Positions 1-8,786 of a stretch of DNA of 27,307 nt are shown here, piece by piece (position 1 is the first letter of the stretch; every line of letters starts with the position of its first letter). The stretch is taken from IMG/VR virus record IMGVR_UViG_3300034110_000285, positions 1-27,307 of that record; one strand, written 5' to 3'. This DNA comes from a virus (taxonomy: Duplodnaviria; Caudoviricetes). The notes under the pieces were generated by a model that ran no database searches, was not told the DNA's origin, and was given only the letters and a program-made list of their open reading frames with translations. The translations under genes were made by a program, and so were the position numbers.

Positions 1-786
1 GCATCACATACGATTAACATCACTGAAGTAACTGCACAGAAAGCTCAGTATGAAGATGGTGCTAAACTGGTCAACACTAAGATCACAGATGTCCAGTCTA
101 AACTCAAGTTAGTACAAGACAATAACATGCAGGTTAGGCTAATTGATCAGAACATCCGAACAGAGCAGAACATCATCGACAACAGCAAAAGACAGGCGGT
201 GCTATTGTCCAAAAAGAAAGCCAACACATCATACGTCCAAGAACTGTTTGACTTAGAAGCAACTGAGAAAAAACAAGAAGACGAACTGAACTTGCTGTTG
301 GCAGAAAACGATGTGTTGACTAAGTGTAAAGAGCTTCTGAAAGATGAAGCCATCAAGGCAGCGGTCGTTGCTGAATACATAGAGTTTATCAACACTCGTG
401 TGAACGAATACCTGAACGCGATGGAGTTCTACATCAACATCAGACTAGACGAAAACTTCAACGACAAGATTGAGTCAGTGAACCGGGATGGCTTTACTTA
501 TGACAACCTGTCTACTGGCCAGAAGTGTCGTGTGTCGCTTGCAATATGCCTGGCGCTAATGGAAGTTGCTTCACTTAAAAACTCAGTGACGTCCAACGTT
601 ATAATGATAGACGAAATACTTGAGCCATTAGACACTCAAGGCGTATCGTTGTTCATGAAACTGGTTAGAGAAAAGTTAGCACACAAGAACGTCTTTGTTA
701 TCACACAACGTTCTGAAGAGTTTGCCGACTACTTCCGTAACCAAGTTAATTTCAAATTAGTTGACGGATTTACAGAAATTTTCTAA
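1..786 (+). CDS. 46: Recombination endonuclease subunit gp46 (SbcC/Rad50-like ABC ATPase), 3' part
   Basis: The frame is open from base 1, so the gene starts before the window. Coiled coil, then ABC signature LSTGQ, Walker B/D-loop IMIDEILEPLD and VFVITQ switch. Confidence 0.93.
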   Translation, partial: ASHTINITEVTAQKAQYEDGAKLVNTKITDVQSKLKLVQDNNMQVRLIDQNIRTEQNIIDNSKRQAVLLSKKKANTSYVQELFDLEATEKKQEDELNLLLAENDVLTKCKELLKDEAIKAAVVAEYIEFINTRVNEYLNAMEFYINIRLDENFNDKIESVNRDGFTYDNLSTGQKCRVSLAICLALMEVASLKNSVTSNVIMIDEILEPLDTQGVSLFMKLVREKLAHKNVFVITQRSEEFADYFRNQVNFKLVDGFTEIF

Positions 787-793
787 AAAGTTG

Positions 794-822
794 TTGACGC
801 CTAGATGAAGTCCTGATATACT
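794..822 (+). promoter_or_regulatory. sigma70-type (early) promoter
   Basis: TTGACG(794-799)-17 bp-TATACT(817-822) with an upstream TG; overlapped by inverted repeat 805-815/836-846. Confidence 0.75.
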
Positions 823-867
823 CAATCACGTAGAGCAGGACTTCATTATGAAACAAGGTGAAATATT

Positions 868-1215
868 ATGTCAACACAATTCAGCACTTACCAAAAACCA
901 GCACAAGAGCGTATCGTTAACGCAATCATCAACGGTGCGAACGATCACTTAGCCAACAATCAAATCGGTGAAAAGCATTTAGGCCTTAGTAGCTTCTACT
1001 GGATTCACATGGATTGTACTGACCCTCTAACAAAAGCAGTGACAGCTAAGTTAGCAAAAACCACAACACGTATCTTCAACAACTATCGCGGTTCTAAAAA
1101 GGCATGGTATTTGTGCAGCCAGAACGATAGCCGAGTGATTGCATCGTTCGAACGTGCAGTAGCATGGTTAGAGCAACAAGGTGTTAAATGTTATCTATGT
1201 TCGGAGTATGATTAA
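868..1215 (+). CDS. Hypothetical protein (115 aa)
   Basis: ORF with AAGGTG RBS directly after the promoter; no recognised motif. Confidence 0.8.
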   Translation: MSTQFSTYQKPAQERIVNAIINGANDHLANNQIGEKHLGLSSFYWIHMDCTDPLTKAVTAKLAKTTTRIFNNYRGSKKAWYLCSQNDSRVIASFERAVAWLEQQGVKCYLCSEYD

Positions 1216-1397
1216 TGAAAAGAGAAATCTTCTTACTCATTCGTGTAGACCAGTGTTGTCCGGGCCATGATGATTGGCCCAACCAAACTTACAAAAACAA
1301 CAGAAGCAAACGGGCTCGTTCTAACGATATTAAGAAAGAGCATCGGTTTGTTCGCCGCAAACAGAAACATCTTCTTCGCACTGAGATGATGCTCTAA
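1215..1397 (+). CDS. Small basic hypothetical protein (60 aa)
   Basis: TAATG stop/start coupling with the previous ORF; Arg/Lys-rich, with a CCPGHD motif. Confidence 0.65.
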   Translation: MKREIFLLIRVDQCCPGHDDWPNQTYKNNRSKRARSNDIKKEHRFVRRKQKHLLRTEMML

Positions 1398-1403
1398 TAA
1401 ATA
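1396..1403 (+). promoter_or_regulatory. Probable T4-type late promoter (one mismatch)
   Basis: AATAAATA versus consensus TATAAATA, about 30 nt upstream of the Alt-like gene. Confidence 0.5.
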
Positions 1404-1432
1404 AGGTTAGTCTAACTAAAAGGATTAACCTT

Positions 1433-4400
1433 ATGCTTCCTCCTGAAAATATTCTAGCAGAAGAACTGCTAACCGAGGTGTTAGACATTAACACCTCAAA
1501 ATCTTATGACTTCGTAGAAACAGACCCAAAGGACATTCCTGCCTGGGCGGGTACGCCTATCGTTTATGAAGTAACATTCGAAACTGAAAACAAAAAGCAA
1601 TACGCAGTTCGTGTCTTTAAAAATAACCGGTATGGTGCAAACACACGTTGCATCTGCGTTATGCTCAAGAAACAAATTAGATGGTCGCGTACCCTTGTTA
1701 TAGACCCATCAACATTCAAAGCTGTTATGGTTACATTGCTGAAAGCGTACTCTGCATACAAAGATACCACTGATGGTAAAATGGCATCTGGTATGATGGT
1801 GATCATGCAGAACGGCATTAACGATAGAGCAGGGTTGCTTGTAAAGGCGATCTCTAGATCATTCAAAGCAGAGCCTAAGAAAAAACTGTCGTTCTACGCG
1901 GCCACTGATGAAGGTAAACGAGACAGCACGTGGTTGTTCTTCACTATCAACTCCTCACCATATCCTTTCTTCAAAGGTAAGCAGTTTAAAGCGGAATGGA
2001 CTGTATCACCACTGTTTAAGAAATTGTCTGGCGCCGATTCAGTTATAGCAGCGAAAGAAACACCTGTTATGGCAGTGGGTATAGACCAACAGAAATCCAA
2101 GCCTGATGAGACGGAAGAGAACTACGCCTATGCTGAAATATTGTCAGACAAGGTTAGATACGAGTATCATGGTGCTGTTGTTGAGAAGGGTTCAATATTC
2201 AAGTTCAAAACAGCTTACGTGAAAGTCTTAGAAGATCATGTGATTGCAATAACCTCTGAAATAGTTTCACCTGAAAAGGGCGTCCAAGCAGCTGGTGTTA
2301 GAATCAGAGTGCCTAAAGCAGGTAACGACAATACTAAGATGCTCAGTGCCGCCGAGTACATTCAGAAAAAAGCAGACCTGCTAGAAAAAGGCGAAAAGCC
2401 TAAAACAGCGCAGTCGCCTACACAAAAATCACAACCTACGGCGATTGAGTACATCTACGTTGAACTCATAGGAGATGGTGCAAAACTTAATTTCCCTGGT
2501 TCACCTTTGCCAGTAGGCACCTTACTTAAATTCATGAAAGGTGATAGTAAGGTATTGTCCAATAGCAAGATGACAATCCAGGTAAGAGTCCTTATCACAC
2601 CTGATGGCAAAACAGTTTATGACAGGGCCGTGACAGTACCTATGTCAGGAGATATCACATCTGTTATTCCTATGGAAGTGTATGAGAAGAAAAAAGCAGC
2701 GATTGAATATGGTGAGGTAAGTGGTGAGCCAACACCTGTTACTGTAGCAGAGCCAGTGAAGGTAGAGGTAGAGCCTACATACACGTCGAAGGAATGGAAG
2801 TTCATGTTCAAGAATGGATATGAAATCACAGTGGACAATTTCGTAACATTTGACGATGATTTCAACTACTTCATAACCAAGACGGATGCGATAACAACTG
2901 TTCTAGAGGTACCACTGCCAGTGGGGACTTTTGTTAAGTACAAGTTTAATGGTCAGGCATCTGGCAACAACCAGTACATCATCGTTCATGCCGAAGAAGT
3001 CATTTACCCTAATGGCTCTTATGCAAACAATCTGGATTTGATTGTAGAAGATGACTCGTTTGTAAAACATTCAAATGAAACTGCGTTCAACACGAAAAAA
3101 GATGAGGCTGTTCAGGCGGGTACTCTTAAGAGCCTTAACAACGTGGGGAAGGTTAAACAAGATACACTTGCATCAACTGAGCTAGACGCAGCACCTAAAG
3201 TGATTAAGATGATAACACAATCGGGATCATCATCACTTCCGGCAGGAGCATTAGCAAACGTTATTGAGTTCTTCCCCGCAATCACCTCTCATGCGGTGAT
3301 AAACTATAAGATACCTAACTCAGTAGAAAACTATTTCCTGAACAGTGGTGACCCTCTGATCATAGTGTCACCAACAGACAACTCTAGTAAGTTTGTTGCG
3401 TTAAGCGTTATGAAAGAAGGCATTGGTTATGTCTATGTGAGCGGTAAAGGGTATAAAGATAAGTTAGCACAGGCCAAGGCCAACACCGCTGTGGCAGAAG
3501 TGCCAGACTCACTACCACCTGCGCTTAAGATAACCGATAAGCCTGTGTCTGAGTTTTATAGCGACCGCTTCAAAGATTGGGTGAAAGCAAATAGACCTAA
3601 CCTTACGAGCTCAGTTGAGTTTATGCCTGGAGTGACTATTGACTTGCCTGAGTACGACTTCTTGGCATTAGGTGAAAAACTTAGAACCATTGGTGAGGCA
3701 TTCGGTACTCAAGCTGCCATCACTAGAGACAGAGCAAACGTTCTGTTAGGTCAATTGAGAAACAAGTCAAGTAGCATTGCGGACTTTATAGAGTCCCAAA
3801 TTGAACAAACAGGGTTATACCTCAAGCCAGGATCAAAAGGTGTTGCTGGTGTCAAGGCATATAGCGGAACAGACTATTCTAGAATCAACGACTACATCAG
3901 AAAACCACCTGAAGAAGTGTCCTCATACAACACAGAGACCTTGGATAAGATTAGAAAGATAGATGACGCCTTCAGACTGTATGGCATACGTTTACCTAAA
4001 GATCTTCCAGTATATCGTGGTGCGTCTATATCAGATGCTGATGTTGCGGCTTTGGACAAGGGCGGTGTTCATGTGATGGATTCATATTCTTCTGCTTCAC
4101 TTAAAACGTATACAGCAGAGGATTTCTTCAGAGCGCACCCTGAAGTTGGTGTACTGAGTATCACACAGACTAAAGACAATACTCCAGTCACTATAGACTA
4201 CTCTATTGGCAGTAAACAAGGTAATAAGATATTCTTTACCATTAGAGGACTGGACAGATGTATCTCGTTATACATTGCTCAAGTATCACAATTCTCCCAT
4301 GAGAAAGAACTACTAATCAACAGAGGTACCTCAGTTAAGTGTGAAGTGTCTCCAACGACAGGCGGACTTACAAAACCTGTTTTGGTTCATAAGTCTAAAA

Positions 4401-4600
4401 ACGGGGTAAAATGTTGGGCGGCAAGGGTAACCGTTGCTAACTCACTCACTGAGTCCACAGTTAGTTTCAGATCGCTGTTAGAACAAAGATCACCTGACAT
4501 GAAGGAGCTGTTAGACATGAACGATAAGTATGGATTGATCATGTATAAACTGCAACTCATCTTGGACGACGCGGAAGAAGAAGAGTTAAACAAAGATTAA
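1433..4600 (+). CDS. alt: Alt-like NAD:protein ADP-ribosyltransferase, probably virion-packaged (1055 aa)
   Basis: C-terminal VIP2/C3-type ART motifs: YSGTDYSRINDYIR, VYRG (catalytic Arg), SYSSAS (STS-like), HEKELLINRG (ExE). N-terminal ILAEELLTE resembles gp21 prohead-protease L/I-x-E sites, as in T4 Alt. Confidence 0.82.
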   Translation: MLPPENILAEELLTEVLDINTSKSYDFVETDPKDIPAWAGTPIVYEVTFETENKKQYAVRVFKNNRYGANTRCICVMLKKQIRWSRTLVIDPSTFKAVMVTLLKAYSAYKDTTDGKMASGMMVIMQNGINDRAGLLVKAISRSFKAEPKKKLSFYAATDEGKRDSTWLFFTINSSPYPFFKGKQFKAEWTVSPLFKKLSGADSVIAAKETPVMAVGIDQQKSKPDETEENYAYAEILSDKVRYEYHGAVVEKGSIFKFKTAYVKVLEDHVIAITSEIVSPEKGVQAAGVRIRVPKAGNDNTKMLSAAEYIQKKADLLEKGEKPKTAQSPTQKSQPTAIEYIYVELIGDGAKLNFPGSPLPVGTLLKFMKGDSKVLSNSKMTIQVRVLITPDGKTVYDRAVTVPMSGDITSVIPMEVYEKKKAAIEYGEVSGEPTPVTVAEPVKVEVEPTYTSKEWKFMFKNGYEITVDNFVTFDDDFNYFITKTDAITTVLEVPLPVGTFVKYKFNGQASGNNQYIIVHAEEVIYPNGSYANNLDLIVEDDSFVKHSNETAFNTKKDEAVQAGTLKSLNNVGKVKQDTLASTELDAAPKVIKMITQSGSSSLPAGALANVIEFFPAITSHAVINYKIPNSVENYFLNSGDPLIIVSPTDNSSKFVALSVMKEGIGYVYVSGKGYKDKLAQAKANTAVAEVPDSLPPALKITDKPVSEFYSDRFKDWVKANRPNLTSSVEFMPGVTIDLPEYDFLALGEKLRTIGEAFGTQAAITRDRANVLLGQLRNKSSSIADFIESQIEQTGLYLKPGSKGVAGVKAYSGTDYSRINDYIRKPPEEVSSYNTETLDKIRKIDDAFRLYGIRLPKDLPVYRGASISDADVAALDKGGVHVMDSYSSASLKTYTAEDFFRAHPEVGVLSITQTKDNTPVTIDYSIGSKQGNKIFFTIRGLDRCISLYIAQVSQFSHEKELLINRGTSVKCEVSPTTGGLTKPVLVHKSKNGVKCWAARVTVANSLTESTVSFRSLLEQRSPDMKELLDMNDKYGLIMYKLQLILDDAEEEELNKD

Positions 4601-4602
4601 TG

Positions 4603-4639
4603 AAAAGGGCTTGTTTTACACAAGCCCTTTTGTTATACT
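4603..4639 (+). terminator. Intrinsic terminator overlapping a sigma70-type promoter
   Basis: AAAAGGGCTTG/CAAGCCCTTTT stem (4603-4613/4621-4631); TTGTTT(4611)-17-TATACT(4634). Confidence 0.7.
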
Positions 4640-4672
4640 CCCTACATAGAAATTGTGATTAGGAATTTTATT

Positions 4673-4927
4673 ATGAAAACAGCAATAAACATGAAAAACG
4701 CCCATCTGATCTTAGAGTTCGTATCTGGGTTAGAGAACTATTATGACGGAAGCTTCTTTCCTAAGACTGAGAACGACTTGCTATTCTTCATATGCCATGA
4801 AAACAAAATGGCATACGACGATGCTAACTACAACGAGTTCTTAGCATGCTTTCCTAACTTCTTCCAATACATCGACCACCTGGAAGCATTTCTTGAGTGG
4901 TTCTCAACACAAGAGCTCACTAAATGA
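4673..4927 (+). CDS. Hypothetical protein
   Basis: ORF 4655..4927; the ATG at 4673 follows an AGGA RBS, and the stop overlaps the next start. Confidence 0.7.
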   Translation: MKTAINMKNAHLILEFVSGLENYYDGSFFPKTENDLLFFICHENKMAYDDANYNEFLACFPNFFQYIDHLEAFLEWFSTQELTK

Positions 4928-5568
4928 GAAAAATTTTGATATTCGACGTAGAATGCCTGGGTAACAGGCCGTCGTCAGTTGTGTTAGACATAGCTGCAAT
5001 CATCGTGGACTTCGACAGTAACTTTACATTCAGTTCTTTGTTGAAAGATGGTGCACTATTCTACAGAAAACTTGATGTGAAAGATGGTCAAGAAAAACGG
5101 ACAGTTGACTTATCAACATTGGACTGGTGGAAGGGACAAAGTTCAGAAGCAAAAGCAGTTCTGAAGAAGTCACCTCATGATGTTCATATCTCTAAAGCAA
5201 TGTTAGACTTCAAGGACTTCCTTGAGCAAAACAATTTCAGCCTGAAGTACGACCTTGCTTACTGCCGTGGTCAGAGTTACGACTTCCCGATTATTGCTGA
5301 TATTGTGCATGGTCTGTTTGATACGTGGGGGTTAGGGTATAGCATGTTTCCTTGCGCGTTCTGGAATCAACGTGACATCAGAACAGCAATTGCTCATACC
5401 ATGCTATCACTTGATCTCAGAAAGCTGCCTGTTGCTAAAGGCACCTTCGAGGGGTTTGTTAAACACAACTCAATCCACGACTGCTGCAAAGACGCTGTTC
5501 TGCTTAAGACAGCAGTGAATTATGCAAAAGGCGTACTAGAAATCCCAGAAGAGTACGATCTCATATAA
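4924..5568 (+). CDS. dexA: DexA-like DEDDh 3'-5' exonuclease
   Basis: ExoI FDVECLG, TLDWWKGQ, ExoII RGQSYDFPI, FWNQRDIRT and ExoIII HNSIHDCCKD, matching T4 DexA motifs. Confidence 0.9.
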   Translation: MRKILIFDVECLGNRPSSVVLDIAAIIVDFDSNFTFSSLLKDGALFYRKLDVKDGQEKRTVDLSTLDWWKGQSSEAKAVLKKSPHDVHISKAMLDFKDFLEQNNFSLKYDLAYCRGQSYDFPIIADIVHGLFDTWGLGYSMFPCAFWNQRDIRTAIAHTMLSLDLRKLPVAKGTFEGFVKHNSIHDCCKDAVLLKTAVNYAKGVLEIPEEYDLI

Positions 5569-5571
5569 ATA
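5564..5571 (+). promoter_or_regulatory. T4-type late promoter
   Basis: Exact TATAAATA, 27 nt upstream of the ATG at 5599. Confidence 0.75.
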
Positions 5572-5598
5572 GTTCAATTTAACTGAGGAATACCCTAA

Positions 5599-5940
5599 AT
5601 GTTACAGTTGAACGAGTTTATAGAGATTCAAGAAAAAGTGGAGTCATTATGTGAAGCAGAGCAATCGTTCTTCACAGACGAACAGGTAGATGCTGCAGAG
5701 TTTTTTGATCTGAAGTGGAACCCTGTTAGTTGTTGCACAGTGTTCTCCATCTACAACGAAGCAGGTGAGAAGTTAGCATCCATTGAGTTTGAAGATGAAG
5801 ATATTGCTTTAGAATACGCAACGTCAATGTTCGAGTTCGATGAAGAAGACTATCGCGACCTTGATAGTTACGCATGGGCAAACGATGGTAAAGAAATGCG
5901 TGAGTATAGTGTTATGCAGGACGACGGCACTTCAGACTAA
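5599..5940 (+). CDS. Acidic late protein, possible internal head protein
   Basis: Late promoter and GAGGA RBS; very Asp/Glu-rich; N-terminus MLQLNEFIEIQE resembles capsid-targeting leaders. Confidence 0.7.
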   Translation: MLQLNEFIEIQEKVESLCEAEQSFFTDEQVDAAEFFDLKWNPVSCCTVFSIYNEAGEKLASIEFEDEDIALEYATSMFEFDEEDYRDLDSYAWANDGKEMREYSVMQDDGTSD

Positions 5941-5958
5941 AATATTTCAACTTTTCTT

Positions 5959-5997
5959 AAAGAGGTACTTGACAAGGTACCTTTTTTCTTCTAATAT
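5959..5997 (+). promoter_or_regulatory. sigma70 promoter with the -35 in the loop of a terminator-like hairpin
   Basis: TTGACA(5969)-17-TAATAT(5992); stem AAAGAGGTAC/GTACCTTTTT. Confidence 0.75.
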
Positions 5998-6031
5998 GTA
6001 CAAGTAGACAATGAACTAACGGAGAAACACT

Positions 6032-6568
6032 ATGTTATCAACAAAGAAAGTTTTAGTTAAGAACGAACATGGTTATTTAACTAACCGCGGCAAGTCACGT
6101 TACTGGGGCGTCACAACTGGTATCGACGCAATCGGTAAAGATTACTGGATTGTATCGTTCAACGCATTAGACTTGAACCAAACAGTCACTTTACGCTCAC
6201 CAAGTTTCACATTAACGGAAACTGACGCAGCACGTGTTGCAGCATACATTTACGAACAAGGCCAGACTTACGCAGGTTTGGATTCAAATCCAATTCGTTC
6301 AAGCTGTGGTCGTTACTTAATGCACATCAACCGCACTTTACGTTCAATTCATAGAACACGTTACAACAGCGAGTTCTTAGTTGACTCAACTGTAGAACGT
6401 TTAGACGATCATTTAGCAAGTGGTCCTACAACGAACAAGCCAGCTGCACCAGCAACACGTTCGCCAATTCCACAAGGCCCATTCGAAGTGTTGTTAGCAC
6501 TAATCGACAGGATGGAGTTAACAACAGAGCAACGGTTACAACTGATTGCACGTGTTACTGCTAAATAA
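6032..6568 (+). CDS. Early protein with AP2-like DNA-binding domain
   Basis: KSRYWGV...YWIVSF...FTLTETDAARVA follows the AP2/ERF pattern (SxYxGV..W....F.T..EAAR); no HNH motif seen. Confidence 0.55.
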   Translation: MLSTKKVLVKNEHGYLTNRGKSRYWGVTTGIDAIGKDYWIVSFNALDLNQTVTLRSPSFTLTETDAARVAAYIYEQGQTYAGLDSNPIRSSCGRYLMHINRTLRSIHRTRYNSEFLVDSTVERLDDHLASGPTTNKPAAPATRSPIPQGPFEVLLALIDRMELTTEQRLQLIARVTAK

Positions 6569-6582
6569 CAGTTGAAAAAATA

Positions 6583-6613
6583 AAAAAGCCGTGTAATAAT
6601 AGCACGGCTTTTT
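6583..6613 (+). terminator. Intrinsic terminator with a -10-like element in its loop
   Basis: AAAAAGCCGTG/CACGGCTTTTT; TAATAAT in the loop and TTGAAA at 6572. Confidence 0.7.
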
Positions 6614-6632
6614 ACATTATAAGGAGTCTAAT

Positions 6633-7508
6633 ATGGACTTGCGTTACACAGAAATTTTCTACTCCATTCAGGGCGAAGGCAAGAACACAGGTCGTTTGTG
6701 TACATGGCTCCGCACTTTCAGCTGCACATTAGAATGTATGGGGTTTGGACAGGAAGAGCCAGGCAATCCTGAAACATGGCAACCTCAGTACAGCAACGAA
6801 GAAGTGATTGCTATTAAGACTGTTAAGGACGTACCTACGCCTAAATACGGTTGCGACTCTGCATACAGTTGGTCTAAACAGTTCAGACATGTTGCTCTGA
6901 AAGAAGACACTGCCGTCATTGCAGAAAAAATTAAAGCATTAACTCCGAACAACTCGTTCCAGTCTAAGATAGGGCATGTCTTTACTGGTGGTGAGCCTTT
7001 AATGCACCAACGAGCACTGGTTGAAATCCTTCAGCATTGGTTGGACATGGGCGATATCCCTGCTTGGGTATGCTTCGAGACTAACGGCACTGTAGAATTA
7101 TGCGAAGAGCTGATTGACATTCTACTCACTTATGAGTCCTTTCAAACAGAAGTCTACTTCTCAATCTCTCCTAAGTTGTTACATGTTGCAGGTGAACAAC
7201 CAGAGAAAGCGATTAAGCTAAGCGTGATTAAAGACATTACAGCTAACTTTCCGTATTCTTACCTTAAGTTCGTGCTTAACATGGACACTCGTGCATGGGT
7301 ACAAGCACACGATATAGTCAGACGACTGAATGAAAATACTGCGCTGACAGTGCCATATGATGTTTGGGTAATGCCTGTGGGTGCTACGTTCGAACAACAA
7401 GACGACGGTCAAGCAGGCAAGATTGCAGACATTGCAATCAGCCACGGTTGGAACGTGAGCCCTCGTGTTCATGTTATGTTATGGAAAAATGATCAGATAG
7501 GTAGATAA
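6633..7508 (+). CDS. queE: 7-carboxy-7-deazaguanine synthase QueE (radical SAM)
   Basis: EIFYSIQGEG, LRTFSCTLEC...GCDS, FTGGEPL, FETNGT, SISPKL and SPRVH are the QueE signature motifs. Confidence 0.93.
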   Translation: MDLRYTEIFYSIQGEGKNTGRLCTWLRTFSCTLECMGFGQEEPGNPETWQPQYSNEEVIAIKTVKDVPTPKYGCDSAYSWSKQFRHVALKEDTAVIAEKIKALTPNNSFQSKIGHVFTGGEPLMHQRALVEILQHWLDMGDIPAWVCFETNGTVELCEELIDILLTYESFQTEVYFSISPKLLHVAGEQPEKAIKLSVIKDITANFPYSYLKFVLNMDTRAWVQAHDIVRRLNENTALTVPYDVWVMPVGATFEQQDDGQAGKIADIAISHGWNVSPRVHVMLWKNDQIGR

Positions 7509-7510
7509 CC

Positions 7511-8137
7511 ATGATTGAAGTTCACAGCACTAAAAAATATGTAAACCTTCCTTGCGGACACGCACAGTTTTTTGACAAGAAGGCAAATGGTACTCCAGGT
7601 CATTGCGCAGCTGTTCACGGCTACGACCGATCAGTGGAGATCACGTTCTCTGGCACTGTCGATGAAAATGGATGGATTGTTCCGTTCGGTGGACTGCAGA
7701 AAGTTAAGCAGTTCATTGAATACTACCAAGACCACGTGACGTGCTTGCCTGCTAATGATCCTCGGTTGGAAAAACTTATCCAAGACGGACACACAGCAGT
7801 GGGTGGTGTATTAGGTACACTTCGCGTTCTGCCTTATGGCGTATCGATGGAAATGACATCACTGTTCTTATGGGAACATTTATCTCTTTTCATTACACAT
7901 ATGACTCAAGGGCGTTGCTACATCTCTAAACTTCAAGTGTTCGAGCATGAGCGGAACTCCGGCTTTGTAACAGTGGATCGCAAAACAGCGATGACTCATT
8001 ACGACAACTATAAGAAATCCATTATGGAGACTGATCCACTTGGAGAAGGTTTGTTGACGTTAGAGTGGTATGACTATTCGCCTATCCTGCCATTCGAAGC
8101 ACCACAAGACGCACTCAACCGGCTAAACGAGCAATAA
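7511..8137 (+). CDS. queD: 6-carboxy-tetrahydropterin synthase QueD (T-fold)
   Basis: GHAQ...HCAAVHGY zinc/catalytic motif, NGWIVPFG, QDH, SMEM and VFEHERN; adjacent to queE. Confidence 0.88.
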   Translation: MIEVHSTKKYVNLPCGHAQFFDKKANGTPGHCAAVHGYDRSVEITFSGTVDENGWIVPFGGLQKVKQFIEYYQDHVTCLPANDPRLEKLIQDGHTAVGGVLGTLRVLPYGVSMEMTSLFLWEHLSLFITHMTQGRCYISKLQVFEHERNSGFVTVDRKTAMTHYDNYKKSIMETDPLGEGLLTLEWYDYSPILPFEAPQDALNRLNEQ

Positions 8138-8145
8138 AACACGAT

Positions 8146-8178
8146 AAATAGCACTTTTAAAAAAAGTGCTATTTTTTT
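8146..8178 (+). terminator. Probable intrinsic terminator
   Basis: AAATAGCACTTTT/AAAAGTGCTATTT followed by a T-run. Confidence 0.6.
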
Positions 8179-8284
8179 GAAAAAAGACTTGTACATATTC
8201 TGAAAGATGTTATTATAAATGTGTGGGCAGGAACAACAACTGCAAAACAAAGTGAACACTAACTAAACAATGAAGGATTTTATT

Positions 8285-8731
8285 ATGAACGCAATCAAAA
8301 CTGTAGCAAAAGAAGTTAAAGTAGCAATCGCAGTAGAAGCAGTAAAAACTCCAGGCACTAAAGCAATCGTTTTAGCAACTCAATTTAACGTGAGCGAAAG
8401 CACAGTGCGCCGCGCGATCAAAGAGTTTGAAGCAGAAGCTAAAGCATTGATCGAAGCAGAAGCTAAGGCTCAAGCAGACGCAGCAACAAAACCAGTTAAA
8501 GCAAAACGTGTTAAAACTCCAACTGTACCGACTGGCCCACTGGGTTATAAAGGTCGCAACGGACGTTGGAATATCATCAACAGCGTGATCAGCGAACTGG
8601 GCTACGATGCAGAATTCAGCACAATCTACGTAGAAGTATGCAAACGTTCAGTAGCACAAGGCCTAACTGAACTAAACAAGAACAGCTTCCGTGCAATGTT
8701 CGCATACGCTAAGAAGAACGCTAAAAAATAA
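8285..8731 (+). CDS. Basic HTH DNA-binding protein
   Basis: ATG at 8285 after AAGGA; AIVLATQFNVSESTVRRAI is a typical helix-turn-helix; Ala/Lys-rich linker. Confidence 0.7.
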   Translation: MNAIKTVAKEVKVAIAVEAVKTPGTKAIVLATQFNVSESTVRRAIKEFEAEAKALIEAEAKAQADAATKPVKAKRVKTPTVPTGPLGYKGRNGRWNIINSVISELGYDAEFSTIYVEVCKRSVAQGLTELNKNSFRAMFAYAKKNAKK

Positions 8732-8786
8732 TGAAAGCAACTGAAACGCCCTTAATGGGCGTTTCATCACCATAGGAATAAAGTCG

